53,412 nt of DNA from Guillardia theta CCMP2712. Its lineage: Eukaryota; Protista; Cryptophyta. This document shows, piece after piece, positions 1 through 12,200 of this stretch (its first letter is position 1; each line of letters begins with the position of its first letter). Position numbers and translations under genes: made by a program. The stretch is taken from positions 310,252 through 363,663 of the forward strand of contig NW_005434607.1 of NCBI RefSeq assembly GCF_000315625.1, written 5' to 3'. A model generated the notes under the pieces. That model did not search any database. It saw nothing but the letters and a program-made list of their open reading frames with translations, and was not told the DNA's origin.

Positions 1-306
1 TCCCCCTCCCCCTCGCCCTCCTCTCCTCTGCCTTCCTCCTCTCGTCTTTCCTCCTGTTCACTACTATGTCATATCTCCTCTCCGCCTCGTCTCTTACCTC
101 CCTCGCCTTCCATCTCCTTTGCTCCCCTCTCCTCCCCTCTCCTTTCCCCTCCTGTCCTCTCCTCTCCTCCTCTCCTCTCCTCTCCTCTCCTCTCCTCTCC
201 TCTCCTTTCCTCCTCCTCTCCTCTCCTCTCCTCCTCCTCCTCCTCCTCCTCCTTCTCCTCCTCCTCCTCCTTCTCCTCCTCCTCCTCTCCTCAACCTCCT
301 TTTCAG

Positions 307-1245
307 GGCGATCTTGCCACATCCATCTCTGCCTGCGAGAATTTTCGTTCCGTCACACTGCCGGTGATTGAAGGAGGAGGAGAGGAGAAGAGGAGGTCAA
401 GCACTGAAAAGAACGAGGAGGGAGAGGGCAGGAGGCCGGGGGAAGCAGGAAGCAGGAAGCAGGAAGCAGGCAGCAAGTAGAGGGAGGAGGAGGGGGCAGG
501 GAGGACAGAAGTGCGGCAGGCGAGGGGAGGAGAGTATCATGTTGTCTCCAGGAAGGCGATCCTATCAAAGTCTGGATCGAGACTCAAGGTTTTCGTCCTT
601 CCTTCCCATTTCTCAACTTTCCATCCTCCTCCTCTCCCCTTCTCCCCTCCAATAGTCAATCTCCCTCCACTTTCCCCCTCACGTCCTCCCTCTTGTTCTC
701 CCCCACTCTCCTCCTCCTGTCCCTCTGTCCAGTACGCTCCCTCCTCCTCCTCCTCCATCCCTCCCTCCTCCCTCCTGCCTTCTGCCCTCTTCTTTCCTCC
801 TCCCTCCTGCCCCCTTCCTCTCTCCACCCCCTTGCGCTCTCTCACAAATCTCTTCAGATCCCTCCACCGATGAGCAAGACGAGGTGATCTGCTCGCTTCT
901 CTTCTACTTCCCTCATGCTCCGGGCAGTGGGTGGACGAGGGAGCATGGGACGGCATCCTCGGAGTGCGCGACAAGTCCTTCCTCTCCACACTCCGTCCAT
1001 CCAAGGGGAAGGTGAGCAGGAGGAGCTGGAGCTGGAGCTGGAGCTGGAGCAGGAGCAGGAGCAGGAGCTGGAGGAAGGGGCAGGAGGAGCAAGAGGACGA
1101 GCAGGGGCAAGGGGCAGGAGCAGGAGCAGGAGCAGAGGGAGGGCTGAGCGTGTCGCAGGAACTCTTCCTGGTCATGTGGGGTTTGGCCTTTGATGAGGAG
1201 AACAGCATCCACCACCTCGTCTACCTCTCCCTCTCTCGGATCTGA
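307..1245 (+). CDS. 3' portion of a multi-exon hypothetical protein (begins upstream of the window)
   Basis: Five phase-compatible GT-AG exons (307-363, 552-588, 858-883, 928-1011, 1159-1245) read GDLATSISACENFRSVTLP/EGDPIKVWIETQ/DPSTDEQDE/WVDEGAWDGILGVRDKSFLSTLRPSKGK/ELFLVMWGLAFDEENSIHHLVYLSLSRI*. The introns are filled with simple repeats. No family recognised. Confidence 0.6.
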
Positions 1246-1500
1246 CCTCTTCCTCTTCCTCGCTCCTCCCCCCATGTCCTCCTACCTGTCCCTCTTGCCC
1301 TGTCGCTCCCTACTTTCATTCTCAACTCTTCCTCCTCCTCTCCCCTTCCCATCAACCTCCCACATGGTCTCTCAACTCTTATTGCCCTGCTTCGTCTCAT
1401 CTGTTTCTTGTAAAACCTCTATCACAGCTTTACCCTCCTCCTCTCCAGCTGCAGCCCTCCAGGGGCTGAGCTGGAAGGCAGCCACTTGTTCTCAGCTCGC

Positions 1501-2041
1501 TTACAGCTCGCCCTTGGGGTTGTTGTTGAGGCCCATGCTAGGAACTCTGCCCAGCTTCTTCTTCTCCTCAGTCCCACTGCTGCCTCCCTGCAGAACCGTC
1601 AGCTGCTGACATGGAGGGAGGGAGGGGTGGGGATGGCAGGGGAGAGGGGAAGGTGGAGAGGGGGGGGGGGTAAGTGAAGGGGAAAGTCAAGAAGCGAAGA
1701 AGAATGTAACTGATACGAGTTGAAAAGGAGGGGCAGGAGCAGGAGAAGGAGCAGGAGCAAGGAGCAGCAGCGGACCTCGACGGCGTTGGCAGATTCCTGC
1801 GCGTTCTCCTCGCGAGTGANNNNNNNNNNNNNNNNNNNNNNNNNNNNNNNNNNNNNNNNNNNNNNNNNNNNNNNNNNNNNNNNNNNNNNNNNNNNNNNNN
1901 NNNNNNNNNNNNNNNNNNNTGGAAGAGAGTCGAACACAGCAAGAGGAGGAGGAAGAGCAGCAGCAGCAGCAGCAGCAGCAAGAGAAGGAGCAGCAGCAGC
2001 AGCAAGAGGAGGAGGAGGAGGAGGAGGAGGAGGAGGAGGAG

Positions 2042-2093
<52 letters not shown>

Positions 2094-2659
2094 TCAATGA
2101 ATTTCACCTTGTCCTTGTCTCCTCCTGTCTGAAGGAGCTCGAGGACGTGAGGGTCCTGCTGGATTTCAGCTGGAGGGTCGGACCCAGCTCGTGCTCACCT
2201 TCTCCTTTCTCTCCTCCGCCCAGCTGAGAGGCGACTTGCCCTCCTTGTTCTGCGGGACGTCAGAGGAGGAAGAAAAGAAGCGGGAAGGGGAGAGGGGGGG
2301 AGAGAGAGGAGGGAGGAGGAGGAGGAGACGAGAAGTCAACCTGAATGTTGACGTCTGCGCCATGGCGGAGGAGGAGGATGATGACGTCATAGTGTCCCCT
2401 GCAGGCCGAAATGATGAGACGGGGCGAGGGGGAATGAAGAGGAAGAGGGAGGAAGTGGGAGCGAGGATGAACAAAAAGAGAGGGGGGGGGGAGAGGAGAG
2501 ACGGGGGACGAGGAGGCCGGCAGTAAGAGGAAGAGGAGAGAGGGAGGGAAGAAGGAGGAGGAGGTTGAGAGAGAGGAGGATCTCTGACCTGTAAAGCGCA
2601 AGGTGGAGAGGAGTGTCCTGGTCCTCATCCGCAGCGTTGACGTCCGCCTTCACCTGCGG

Positions 2660-2692
<33 letters not shown>

Positions 2693-3756
2693 GGCAGGGG
2701 CAGGGGCAGGAGATCTACCTTGTGCGTGTTGTTAAGGAGGAGGTCGACGCTTCCCCTCTGGCCGGAGGAGGAGGCGACATGGAGCGCGGTCCCTCCCTTC
2801 TTGTGCCTGAGCTCCAGGTCGGCCTTGGCCTTGATGAGCGCGTCGAGCACCTGGCGGGAAGAGCGTGAGGAGAGAGGAGAGGAGGGAGNNNNNNNNNNNN
2901 NNNNNNNNNNNNNNNNNNNNNNNNNNNNNNNNNNNNNNNNNNNNNNNNNNNNNNNNNNNNNNNNNNNNNNNNNNNNNNNNNNNNNNNNNNNNNNNNNNNN
3001 NNNNNNNNNNNNNNNNNNNNNNNNNNNNNNNNNNNNNNNNNNNNNNNNNNNNNNNNNNNNNNNNNNNNNNNNNNNNNNNNNNNNNNNNNNNNNNNNNNNN
3101 NNNNNNNNNNNNNNNNNNNNNNNNNNNNNNNNNNNNNNNNNNNNNNNNNNNNNNNNNNNNNNNNNNNNNNNNNNNNNNNNNNNNNNNNNNNNNNNNNNNN
3201 NNNNNNNNNNNNNNNNNNNNNNNNNNNNNNNNNNNNNNNNNNNNNNNNNNNNNNNNNNNNNNNNNNNNNNNNNNNNNNNNNNNNNNNNNNNNNNNNNNNN
3301 NNNNNNNNNNNNNNNNNNNNNNNNNNNNNNNNNNNNNNNNNNNNNNNNNNNNNNNNNNNNNNNNNNNNNNNNNNNNNNNNNNNNNNNNNNNNNNNNNNNN
3401 NNNNNNNNNNNNNNGGAGGAGGAGGAAGAGGAGGAAGAGGAGGAAGAGGCGAGGCGAGCAAGCAAGGAGCAAGGAGGATGTCGAGGACAAGGGCAGAGCC
3501 GTAAGAGGAGAGAAAACGAAAGAGAAAGGAAGGGGGCAGGAAAAGGGATGGGAGAGGAGAGGAGAGGAAAGAAGTACCTTCTCGTTGGTGGAGGATCCAG
3601 TAGCCGCAGCCATCATGAGAGCTGTGTGTCCCTTCTGGTTCGCCACGTTGGGGTCTGAGTAGCTTCGTCAGCTGGAGGAAGAGCGAAGAGAGACGAAGAG
3701 GAAGAGGAAGAAGTGCAGCAGGCTGAAGAGCAGGAGCAGGAGCAGAAGCAGGAGCG

Positions 3757-3805
<49 letters not shown>

Positions 3806-6800
3806 AGGCAGGAGCAGAGGCAGGAGCAGGAGCAGGAGCAAGAGCAGGAGAAAGACTGACCAGCCTTCCAGCGAAGGAGCTGATCAACAGACTTGTAGTT
3901 GGCGATGGCGGCGGCCTCGTGGAGAGCAGTGCCGCTTGCCTTGTTGATGTGGTTGGGATCGGCCTTGTTCTTGAGCAGCGTCTGACACGAGCAGTGAGTG
4001 GAGAAGGGCAGGGAGGAGGAGGAGGAGGAGGAGGAGGAGAAGTAACAGGAAAGATGAGGCAGAAAGAAACATCTGCAGAGGAGACCAAGTGGAGGAGAAA
4101 GAGGAGGAGAACGATGATGAGGAAGGGGAGGAAGAGAGGAGGAGAAGAGGAGAAGAGGAGAGGACGAGAGGACGAGAGGAGGAGGGCAGCGGCAGCGGCA
4201 GCAGCAAAGAGTGAAATCGTTTGCTCTTACAGTCACGACATCACTGTGTCCTCCAGCAGCAGCGACCATGAGGGCATCGAAGCCATTCTCATCCTGTGAT
4301 GAGGTGAGACACAAGATGAGGGAGGAGGAGGAGGAGGAGGAGGAGGAGGAGGAGGAGGAGCAAATGTAAATGAGTACAAGACGAAGGCGGGAGGAGGGGA
4401 GGAAGAGGAAGGGGAGGAAGAGGAAGGGGAGGAAGAGGAGACTTGATCTTACCTGCACATTGGGGTCGACCTTCTTCTTGAGGATATCGCCTACGACATC
4501 ATTCCATCCTTCTCCTGCGGCCTGTCCAGTCCCACCATCAGGACACGGCAAGAGGGACAAGGAGGAGGATGGAGGGGGAAGAGAAAGGACGAGGAGGATG
4601 AAGGGGAAGGAGGAGGAGGAGGAGGAGAGGAACCTCAATGAGAGCATTTCCTCCTTTCTTGTGCAGGACGGTGACGTCAGCTCCTGCCTTGATCAGCTGC
4701 TTTGCTACATCCTGAAGCAGACGTGAGAAATGTTGGTGAGCATAAGAATGCATAAAACACAGGAGGAGGGAGGAGACAGGAAGAGGAGGATGACAGGAGG
4801 ATGTGCCAGTAGCAAAATCGGCAGAATGGCAGGAAAAGGAAGAGGGAAAAGAAGATGAAAGGGGGGAAAGGATGAAGAAGGCTGAGCAAGATAAAGGAGG
4901 GGGAAGAACAAGAGGCAGGAGGAGAGGAGAGAAGAGAAGAGGAGAGGAGAGGAGAGGAGAGGAGAGGAGAGAAGAGGAGAGGAGAGGAGAGGAGGAGAGG
5001 AGAGGAGAGGAGAGGAGTACCTTCTTGGAGGAAGCACAAGCAACGATTAGAGGAGTCTCTCCATTGTCACCGATGGCATTGATGTCCGCCTTTAGCTTCA
5101 GAAGCTGATCCACCGCCTGCAGTCCTCTGTTAACTTCCCCCTGCCCCCGCCCTCGCCCTCGCTCTTCCTCTCACACCACTCCTCTTGCTCTTCCTTCTCC
5201 TCCCACCCCTCCTTTGCCGCCCTTCCTCCTCTTGCTCCTCCTCTTCCCGCTCCTCCTCCTCACCTTGGCATGCCCGCTGGAGGCAGCCACCATGAGGGGG
5301 GTCCATCCGTCCTTCCCCTTGGTCTCCAGGTCGAGCCCCTTGTCCACCAGCGTCTTGATGAGATCTGCTGCTCTTTCACAACCTTTCTTGCGCAACGGCA
5401 ACAAGAGGAGCCAGGGAGGACGAGGAGGATGGAAGGGAAGGAGCAGGAGCAGACCAGGAGCAAGGGAAGGGGTGAAGGCAAGAGCAGGAGCAGGAGCAGG
5501 AGCAGGAGCAGCAAGAAGATTTGACCTTCCCATCCTTCTCCAGCGAACTCAGTAAGGAGATTACCACCATCCTGAAGTCGAAGTGAGGGATTGAGTCAAC
5601 AGAAACCATCATCACCATCATCACCACTACCATCACCTCCTCCTCCTTTCTTCCCCTCTTCCCAACTTTCAGATGTCTTCCATCTCCTTATGCCACTACT
5701 ACACATGATCATCATCATCACCACCACCACCACCACCACCACCACCACCACCACCACCACCATCATCATCACCATCATCACCATCACCATCATAACCATC
5801 ATAACCATCATCATAATCATCCCCCAGCCGTCCCTGCTCATAGTTGCTTTCCTTGCTCCTGCTCTCACCTTGTGTGTAACATCGATATCTGCTCCTTTCT
5901 CAAGGAGGAAGTCGACGACTTTCCTCTGTCCAGATGCGGCAGCGTGCAAGAGAGGGGTAGCACCGTCGTCTCCTGATGTCACGCAGTGAGTCAAGGAGGA
6001 GGAGACAGCAGGAAGGCAGCGATCGAAGCGTGGGGGAGGAAGGGAGTAGAGCAGGAGGAAAGATGGCAGAGAAGATACAGCAGAAAGGAGTGCAAGAGAG
6101 GGTAGGGAGGAGATAAGGAAAGGGATGGTGACGAGAACAGACACAAACGGGGAGGAGGTGGGAGGGGAGGGCGGAAGAGGAGGAGGAGGAGGAGGAGGAG
6201 GAGGTGGGAGGGGAGGGCGGAAGAGGAGGAGGAGGAGGAGGAGGAGGAGGAGGGAGAGGAGGAGGAGGGAGAGGAGGAGGAGGAGGGAGAGGAGGACGAC
6301 GAGGAGAATTGAATCTTCTCACTCACCCTTGGATTCCATGTCTGCTCCTTGATCGAGGAGAAGCTACCAGAACTCTCATCTCCTCTTCTCCTCTCCTTCC
6401 CCGCAATCAACCTGCACTAGCTCCACAGAGCCGCTCGTTGCCGCAAGGATGAGGGCAGTGTACCTGGAGATCACAAGACAGACAAGTCATACCCCGCACA
6501 CAGCCCTCCTACTCCCACTTCTCCCCCCTGTTCCTCCGTTCAAGTACATACACCTGCCTGTGTCATCCATCTTCCACAACCCTGCCCTCTCCCTCCCTCC
6601 CCCTCTTCCTTTCAACTTCCCTCTGGATCCTTTCTCCCTCCCCACCCCTTTCCTTCCTCCTCCCTCTCTTCCTTACCCTCTGTCCGACTTTGCTTCAATG
6701 TCTGCTCCCTTCGTGATCAGCGCAGTCACCATGTCCTACTCCTCATTAAGCACATCCTTCCAGCACATGTTCAGCACAGCACCTGCTGTCCGCCGTAGGC

Positions 6801-7731
6801 AGCCCACATGAGCGCGGTGAAGCCCTCGGAGCCCTCCTGGTAACGCACAAGCTCGAACTTGATGAGGGAGCAGGATGAGACTGGACCTGCTGCCCGTCAA
6901 GCCTTCCGTTGACATCTGCTCCTTGAGCCAGAAGCAGGTTGAACTCCTTCCGAAGCACGTCAGGGGGGAAAGAAGCAGCGAGAAGGGGAAAGCGGCAGGG
7001 GAAGAACGAGCAGGAGGAGCAGGAGGAGCAGGAGCAGTTGCCCGTACTTGCATGTCGCCACTAGCGCAGACAGAGATGAAAGCAGAGTCGATGGCCTGGG
7101 GGAGAGTCAACCCCTCCCGCCTCCACCCCTTACTCTGCCACCTTCTTCTTGGCGGCATCATCATCAAAGGTGATGTTTGCGAGGCTGGCAGCGAATGCTA
7201 GAGGATCCGGTCAGTCTCCTCCTTCCATCCTCCATCTCCTTACGCTCAGCTGGATCTCCGCCGCAGGGGGGAGTCCCGCAGCTCTCGTTGGCAGTCTTGA
7301 CGGCATGCTGCAGGTACATCTCAGCCTGCATGATCCGAGCAGCCAGCACCTCCTCACCTGGGCTGCATACAGAACACGAATCGCGTTCACCTGCTCCTTG
7401 TACTCCTGTGCTCGCTAGAGGTTCGAAACGTGCCATCAGAAGCATGCAAAGAAAGAGAAGAAGGCAGGAGCATGCAAGAGCATGGAGACCATGCACGATC
7501 CAACACGGGCGAGGAGGAGCAAGGCAAAGGACAAGGAGCAAGGAGGAACATCAACCTGCTCCTGCGTCTTGTTCACTGCTTCTGCGGTAGCAGCAGCATT
7601 CTCGTCGGCTGCATGCGCTGCCAAAGGATCGTGAGCCCGCCAAAAACGTCGATGCGGGTCGCACCAAGATCCGACAGGACACAGAGGGACAGAGCGAGGG
7701 AAACGACCAGGAAACTCGACAGGAGTCGCAT
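1501..7731 (-). CDS. Ankyrin-repeat protein with N-terminal signal peptide and C-terminal KGEL (~25 short exons; spans two assembly gaps)
   Basis: ATG at 7731 gives MRLLSSFLVVSLALSLCVLSDLAHA-ADEN after splicing. Exons carry canonical ankyrin motifs: GFTALMWAAYGG, GYTALILAATSG, GATPLLHAAASG, GWTPLMVAASSG, GETPLIVACASS, GFDALMVAAAGG, GTALHEAA, GHTALMMAAATG, GGTALHVASSSG, QDTPLHLALYRG, GKSPLSWA. The last exon ends ...GLNNNPKGEL* (TAA at 1503-1501). Confidence 0.85.
1820..1919. other. Assembly gap (100 N)
   Basis: Run of N next to (CAG)n/(GAG)n repeats. Confidence 1.
1955..2092. repeat. Compound (CAG)n/(GAG)n microsatellite in an intron
   Basis: Seen directly in the sequence. Confidence 0.95.
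2889..3414. other. Assembly gap (526 N) inside the ankyrin gene
   Basis: Run of N flanked by GAG-rich repeats. Confidence 1.
5709..5820. repeat. (CAC)n/(CAT)n microsatellite in an intron
   Basis: Seen directly in the sequence. Confidence 0.9.
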
Positions 7732-8214
7732 GATTCCTGTATGGGGAGTCAGATGAGACGATGGTCAGCGCTGGACTCGGGGCTGGCTCGCGCAGACTGC
7801 AGACACATGAAGCCTCGAGCAGTCGTCGGTCATTAACATCAACCCACATCTCTCATGCGAATCCTTGTGTTTATCCATGAGAACGTCTGTCATTTGCATC
7901 TATCTACATGCTTTCCATTCATATTCACATTCATCACGATGCGTGCAGCGAGAAAACATCAGGGTATCAAGCATGTCCAATTCTACGGAATGCTACAACC
8001 CATGAATCCGACCACTCCCTCGGCACTGGCCCCGTCTGAATTCACGCTGTCATGCTGATCCTCGTGAGAAGCGATGCTGCATGATCCTTCATCCTCTCGC
8101 TCTCCTCCCTCCCATGCTCCCCCTCCTCCTCCCTTCTCGTCGTCCCTCCCTCGCTCCTCCGCATCCCTCGAGCCATGACTGGAGGCCGCTCTAAATAACT
8201 GTTACAGACGTAAC

Positions 8215-8600
8215 GCTAAATACCCCCACCCCTTCTCCCAACTACCCCCAGCAGTCATAGAGAATTTTTGACTACCCCACCATACAAGATAGACAGCAAA
8301 AGCCACCTTTTCCTCAAACCATCTAAGTACCCCTACATTTGTCAGCAAATTTGCTACGCAGGTACCCCTGGACTGCTCATCTGTACAGCGGGGCCACTTG
8401 CTTTCGCACCCACCCTACCTGAACGACTACCCTACCAGCCTCTGGCACGATCGCCCGGCCTGAAAAAAGGGCTGGCCCGAAGTTCAACTCAGTGCTCATC
8501 AGATCGGGCCGTGCGGCCCGTCAACTTTCACTTTCTCCGGGCCGGGCCCACACGCCGGGTGAACTTCCGAAGTTCCGAAGTTCACTGTCCGTCACAGAGA
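8215..8600. repeat. Intergenic TACCCC-motif segment followed by a GC-rich palindromic block
   Basis: Repeated (C)TACCCC(C) motifs at 8221-8435. Hairpins cgggccg-tg-cggcccg (8505-8520) and gtgaacttc-N9-gaagttcac (8559-8585). Confidence 0.5.
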
Positions 8601-8685
8601 GAAACTTGGTGTAGAGAGAAAGGGCTTGTGCTCTTGCTCCTGCTCCCGCTACAACTCAGAGTCGCGCGAGTCGTGCTTCTGCAGA

Positions 8686-8799
<114 letters not shown>

Positions 8800-9299
8800 C
8801 CGGGCCCTACCCCTGCCCCTGTACGGTCCTGCCCGGAGTCCTGCTCCTGCTCCTATCGCGAAGGAGGGCTCAAGAGATCAACTTGCAGCGATCGAGCAGC
8901 CCGAAGACATACTATGACACTACTGCGGCAACAGACCGTGAAAGGACGAAAGACAAACGACTGCGATGGAGGACTGGGCCCGGAGGAGCCCCCGGGGGCC
9001 CGAAGCGACTTCGGCGGACTGAGACGAGCAACGTAGGAGGAGGAGGAGGAGGAGAGATGAAGTTTGTGTGTTTGTGGCTCTAGAGTAAAGAGTTGAGGAT
9101 GTTGAACTAGCACATGTAGAAGATTTTAAAATACTTCCCGCAGAGAGGACAGTAGCTGTCCAAGGAATGAATGGACATAAAAAAGTCTTGATGCCTTCTT
9201 CTTTTCTATATTTGATTAATGAGGCGGACTTGTGTCATGTGGAAATGACTGCCGTTGCTTTCATGCCCAGCAGCGGCCGAGCTAGGGCGGGGGATCTCC

Positions 9300-12200
9300 A
9301 TGGCCAGGAGAGACGTCGGGACGACACTTAGGAGGAAGGACGGGCAGAGTGGAGACAAGACAACACATGGAAAGACAGAGAGGGAGGGAGAGAGGAAGGA
9401 GGAGGGAGGGAGGGAGGGAGAGGGAGGGAGGGAGAGTAACAGCAGCAGGCAGCAGCAGGATGACGCAAGTATCCCAACGCTACTAAAGTCTCCTTCCTAC
9501 TCCTGAATTTCCGACCGTCTTCATGCCTCCTCCACCTTGCAGAGATCACTCGCGCTGCTTCCCTTTCCTCTCACCCAAAGTCACACCAGAGGGAGGCGAC
9601 GATGCACCCAGATTCGAGGAGCTCAACAGCAGGATTCAGCAGCTGGAAGGGCAGGTGAAGGCCTTGTCAGCGAGGAACACAGAGCTCGAAGAGGCGAACG
9701 CAAGGCTGACAAACATCAGGGAGGAACGTGGCGAAACTGAGGACGAGCACGAGGACAGGAGGAGCGATTCCTGGCAGCTCCCTGAAGAGGCTCTGTCGAT
9801 ATTGGAGGAGCTCTATGAGAGACGCGACGACGTGGATGGGACCGATGTGCTCACGCGCCGGCTGCTGGTTGCCCTCAGCGTCGGTAGCGCCATAGAGGAA
9901 AAGGTAGCGGTGGTGGGCGGGGAGACGATGGAAACATATAGGATGAGAGTGGCGAGGGAGTGGGAGCTAGCGCACAAGAGCCTCGGCCTCGCTGAGCTGG
10001 ACCTGCTACGAGCGATGGCTGAGTGCGTTCCCGGAGGAGATGTGAACAATCCTCTCGCTGAGCTGCAAGGAGGAGCTGGAAGCCAGTCAGTAGAAGAGTG
10101 CATGAAGGCGATAAGCAGGAAGGTGAGGCAAGTCGTCTCGAAGCTCCGACCCCCGGCGACGGGGCAGGCGCAAGAGGATCAGCAGCTGCATAACAGCAAG
10201 TTCTCGCTGAACGAGGAGGCAAGCCAGGAGAGCGAGCAGGGGCTGCGCGAAGCTTCTTACGGGAGGATCGCAGAATTCTACGGGGGACTGACGGAGCGCA
10301 TCGGCCTGCCCCAGCCGAACCTGTACAAGGGCATGGAGGACGAGCACTGTAGATCAGGAGACTCTGAGGAGGCGTTCACCACAGGAAACTACTACATCCA
10401 GACAACTTCCAAGGAGGAGTGGTTGGCGGTTACCGATGCGAGGAGGCGGTCTGAGCTCTCGGACGGTCACAGGATCATCCGAGATGTGGAGGAGCTGATG
10501 CGTGATGAACTCGCTGTCAAAGCACAGCTGATCAAGGAGGAAGTCCTCGCCCTCCTGCTCTATACAGGTGTGGAAGAAGGAACACTGGAGGAAGAGAAGG
10601 AGGAGGGGGATGAAGGTGAAGTAGAGGAGAAGTATGAGGAAGACGAAGACGATGAGAAAGAGGAAGAGGAAGAGAAGGTACTCATACTCCTTTCGGCAGG
10701 TCCCATGTACCACAAGTACAACATGGCTCTGAGAGCGCCTGCTACGGTCATCAACAGGTACACGACGACCATCCACTGCATGGTGAGCGGGCTAGTCAAA
10801 CTATCCCGACACACTCCGCTGCTCGGAAACCGGAAGGTCCTCCGAGGGATGAGCGGGCTGAGGATGCCCGAGAGGTTCTTGAAGGAGGATGAGCTGGGAG
10901 TGTCGGGGGGAGTGGAGTACGGGCTGCTGAGCACAACGACTGACATCAAGACGGCCATCCAGTACGTGGGTCAAGGACTTCAGCCCATAGTCTTCGAGAT
11001 CAGCTGCGGGGCCATCGACCGGGGAGCGAGCCTGGAGTTCCTGTCTCAGTATCCCGGGGAGAAGGAGATACTGTTTCCCCCACTGTCCTACCTCGAAGTC
11101 GTCAGACAGCCCCAGAGCAAGGTGGTGGAGGGCCGGCGGGTAAGGCTGGTGAAGCTGAAGATAAATGCCAACGTTACGACGTCCACGATAGAGGACTTTG
11201 TAGGGAAGAGGAAGCAGCTGTACGTGGCTCTGATGGAGAACTTGGCCCGAGAGGTGGCGCGGGACCTTGACGATTGGGAGCCGGAGGTTCAGAGGCGGCT
11301 GAGACACGCACAGGGGGATGCGGCCTTTGGATACCACAAGGTCCTACTGAGTTCCATCATGGATGAGTGCGAGGGCCAGGTGCAGGGGAGCAGGAAGAAG
11401 ACAGACCGGTGGTACAACGACGAGAGCAACTACAAGGAAGCGATGGAGGAAGCGATGGTGATGATGGAGATGGCAACGAACAAGCTGAGGTACTGGATCG
11501 AGGATGTGGAGGGCGACTGGCAGTGTCGCAGCCTTGCAAAGCAGACAATGAAGGATATCTACTGGAAGAAAATGGCAGACTTGAGAAAGAAGATAGGTAG
11601 GACCCAGGGCCAGGATGATCAGGGGAGGCACGAGATGCTGAAGAGACTCTGCCGCATGCTGGGCATGTCAATAGAGCAGGGGGAGGCGGGGAAAGACCCT
11701 CCGACCGTCTTGGCTGTCCTGAGAGGGCAGGCAGACCTGATTTCCCTGCTGCACGCTGCTGGATGCGACTTGAACGCGCAAACCAAGGACGGGAGGACGG
11801 CGCTGCACGTGGCTTGCATGCTGGGGATGAAGGGCTGCATGCAGGAGCTGCAGGAGGCGGGGGCGGACGGGGATGCGAGGGATGAGAACGGCTGGACATG
11901 CGCGCACTGGGCGATGCAGCACGTGGACACAGCGAGGCAGCTGGTGAGGTTGCTGGGCGTGAAGGCGCTGGAGCAGAGGACTGGAGCTGGCGGGATGACC
12001 TGTGCGCACATTGCATGTGCGCGAGACAGCGTGGAGGTGCTGAGGTATCTGAAGGAGGCGTGCGGGTCGGAGCTGCTCATGGCGGAGGATGATCGAGGGC
12101 GGACGTGCGCACACATCGCAGGCTCCAGAGGCTACCTGGAGGTTCTCAAGTACCTTCATGAAGCATGCGGACCTGACCTCCTCCTCCGCATCGACCAGCA

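Noticed and set aside
1234-1245. C-terminal SRI as a peroxisomal PTS1
   Set aside because: It is a weak variant on a partial gene of unknown family, so the support is insufficient.
66-6450. Dozens of poly-L/P/S/G/R ORFs in the ORF track
   Set aside because: They are translations of intronic microsatellites and N gaps. The real exons are short and spliced.
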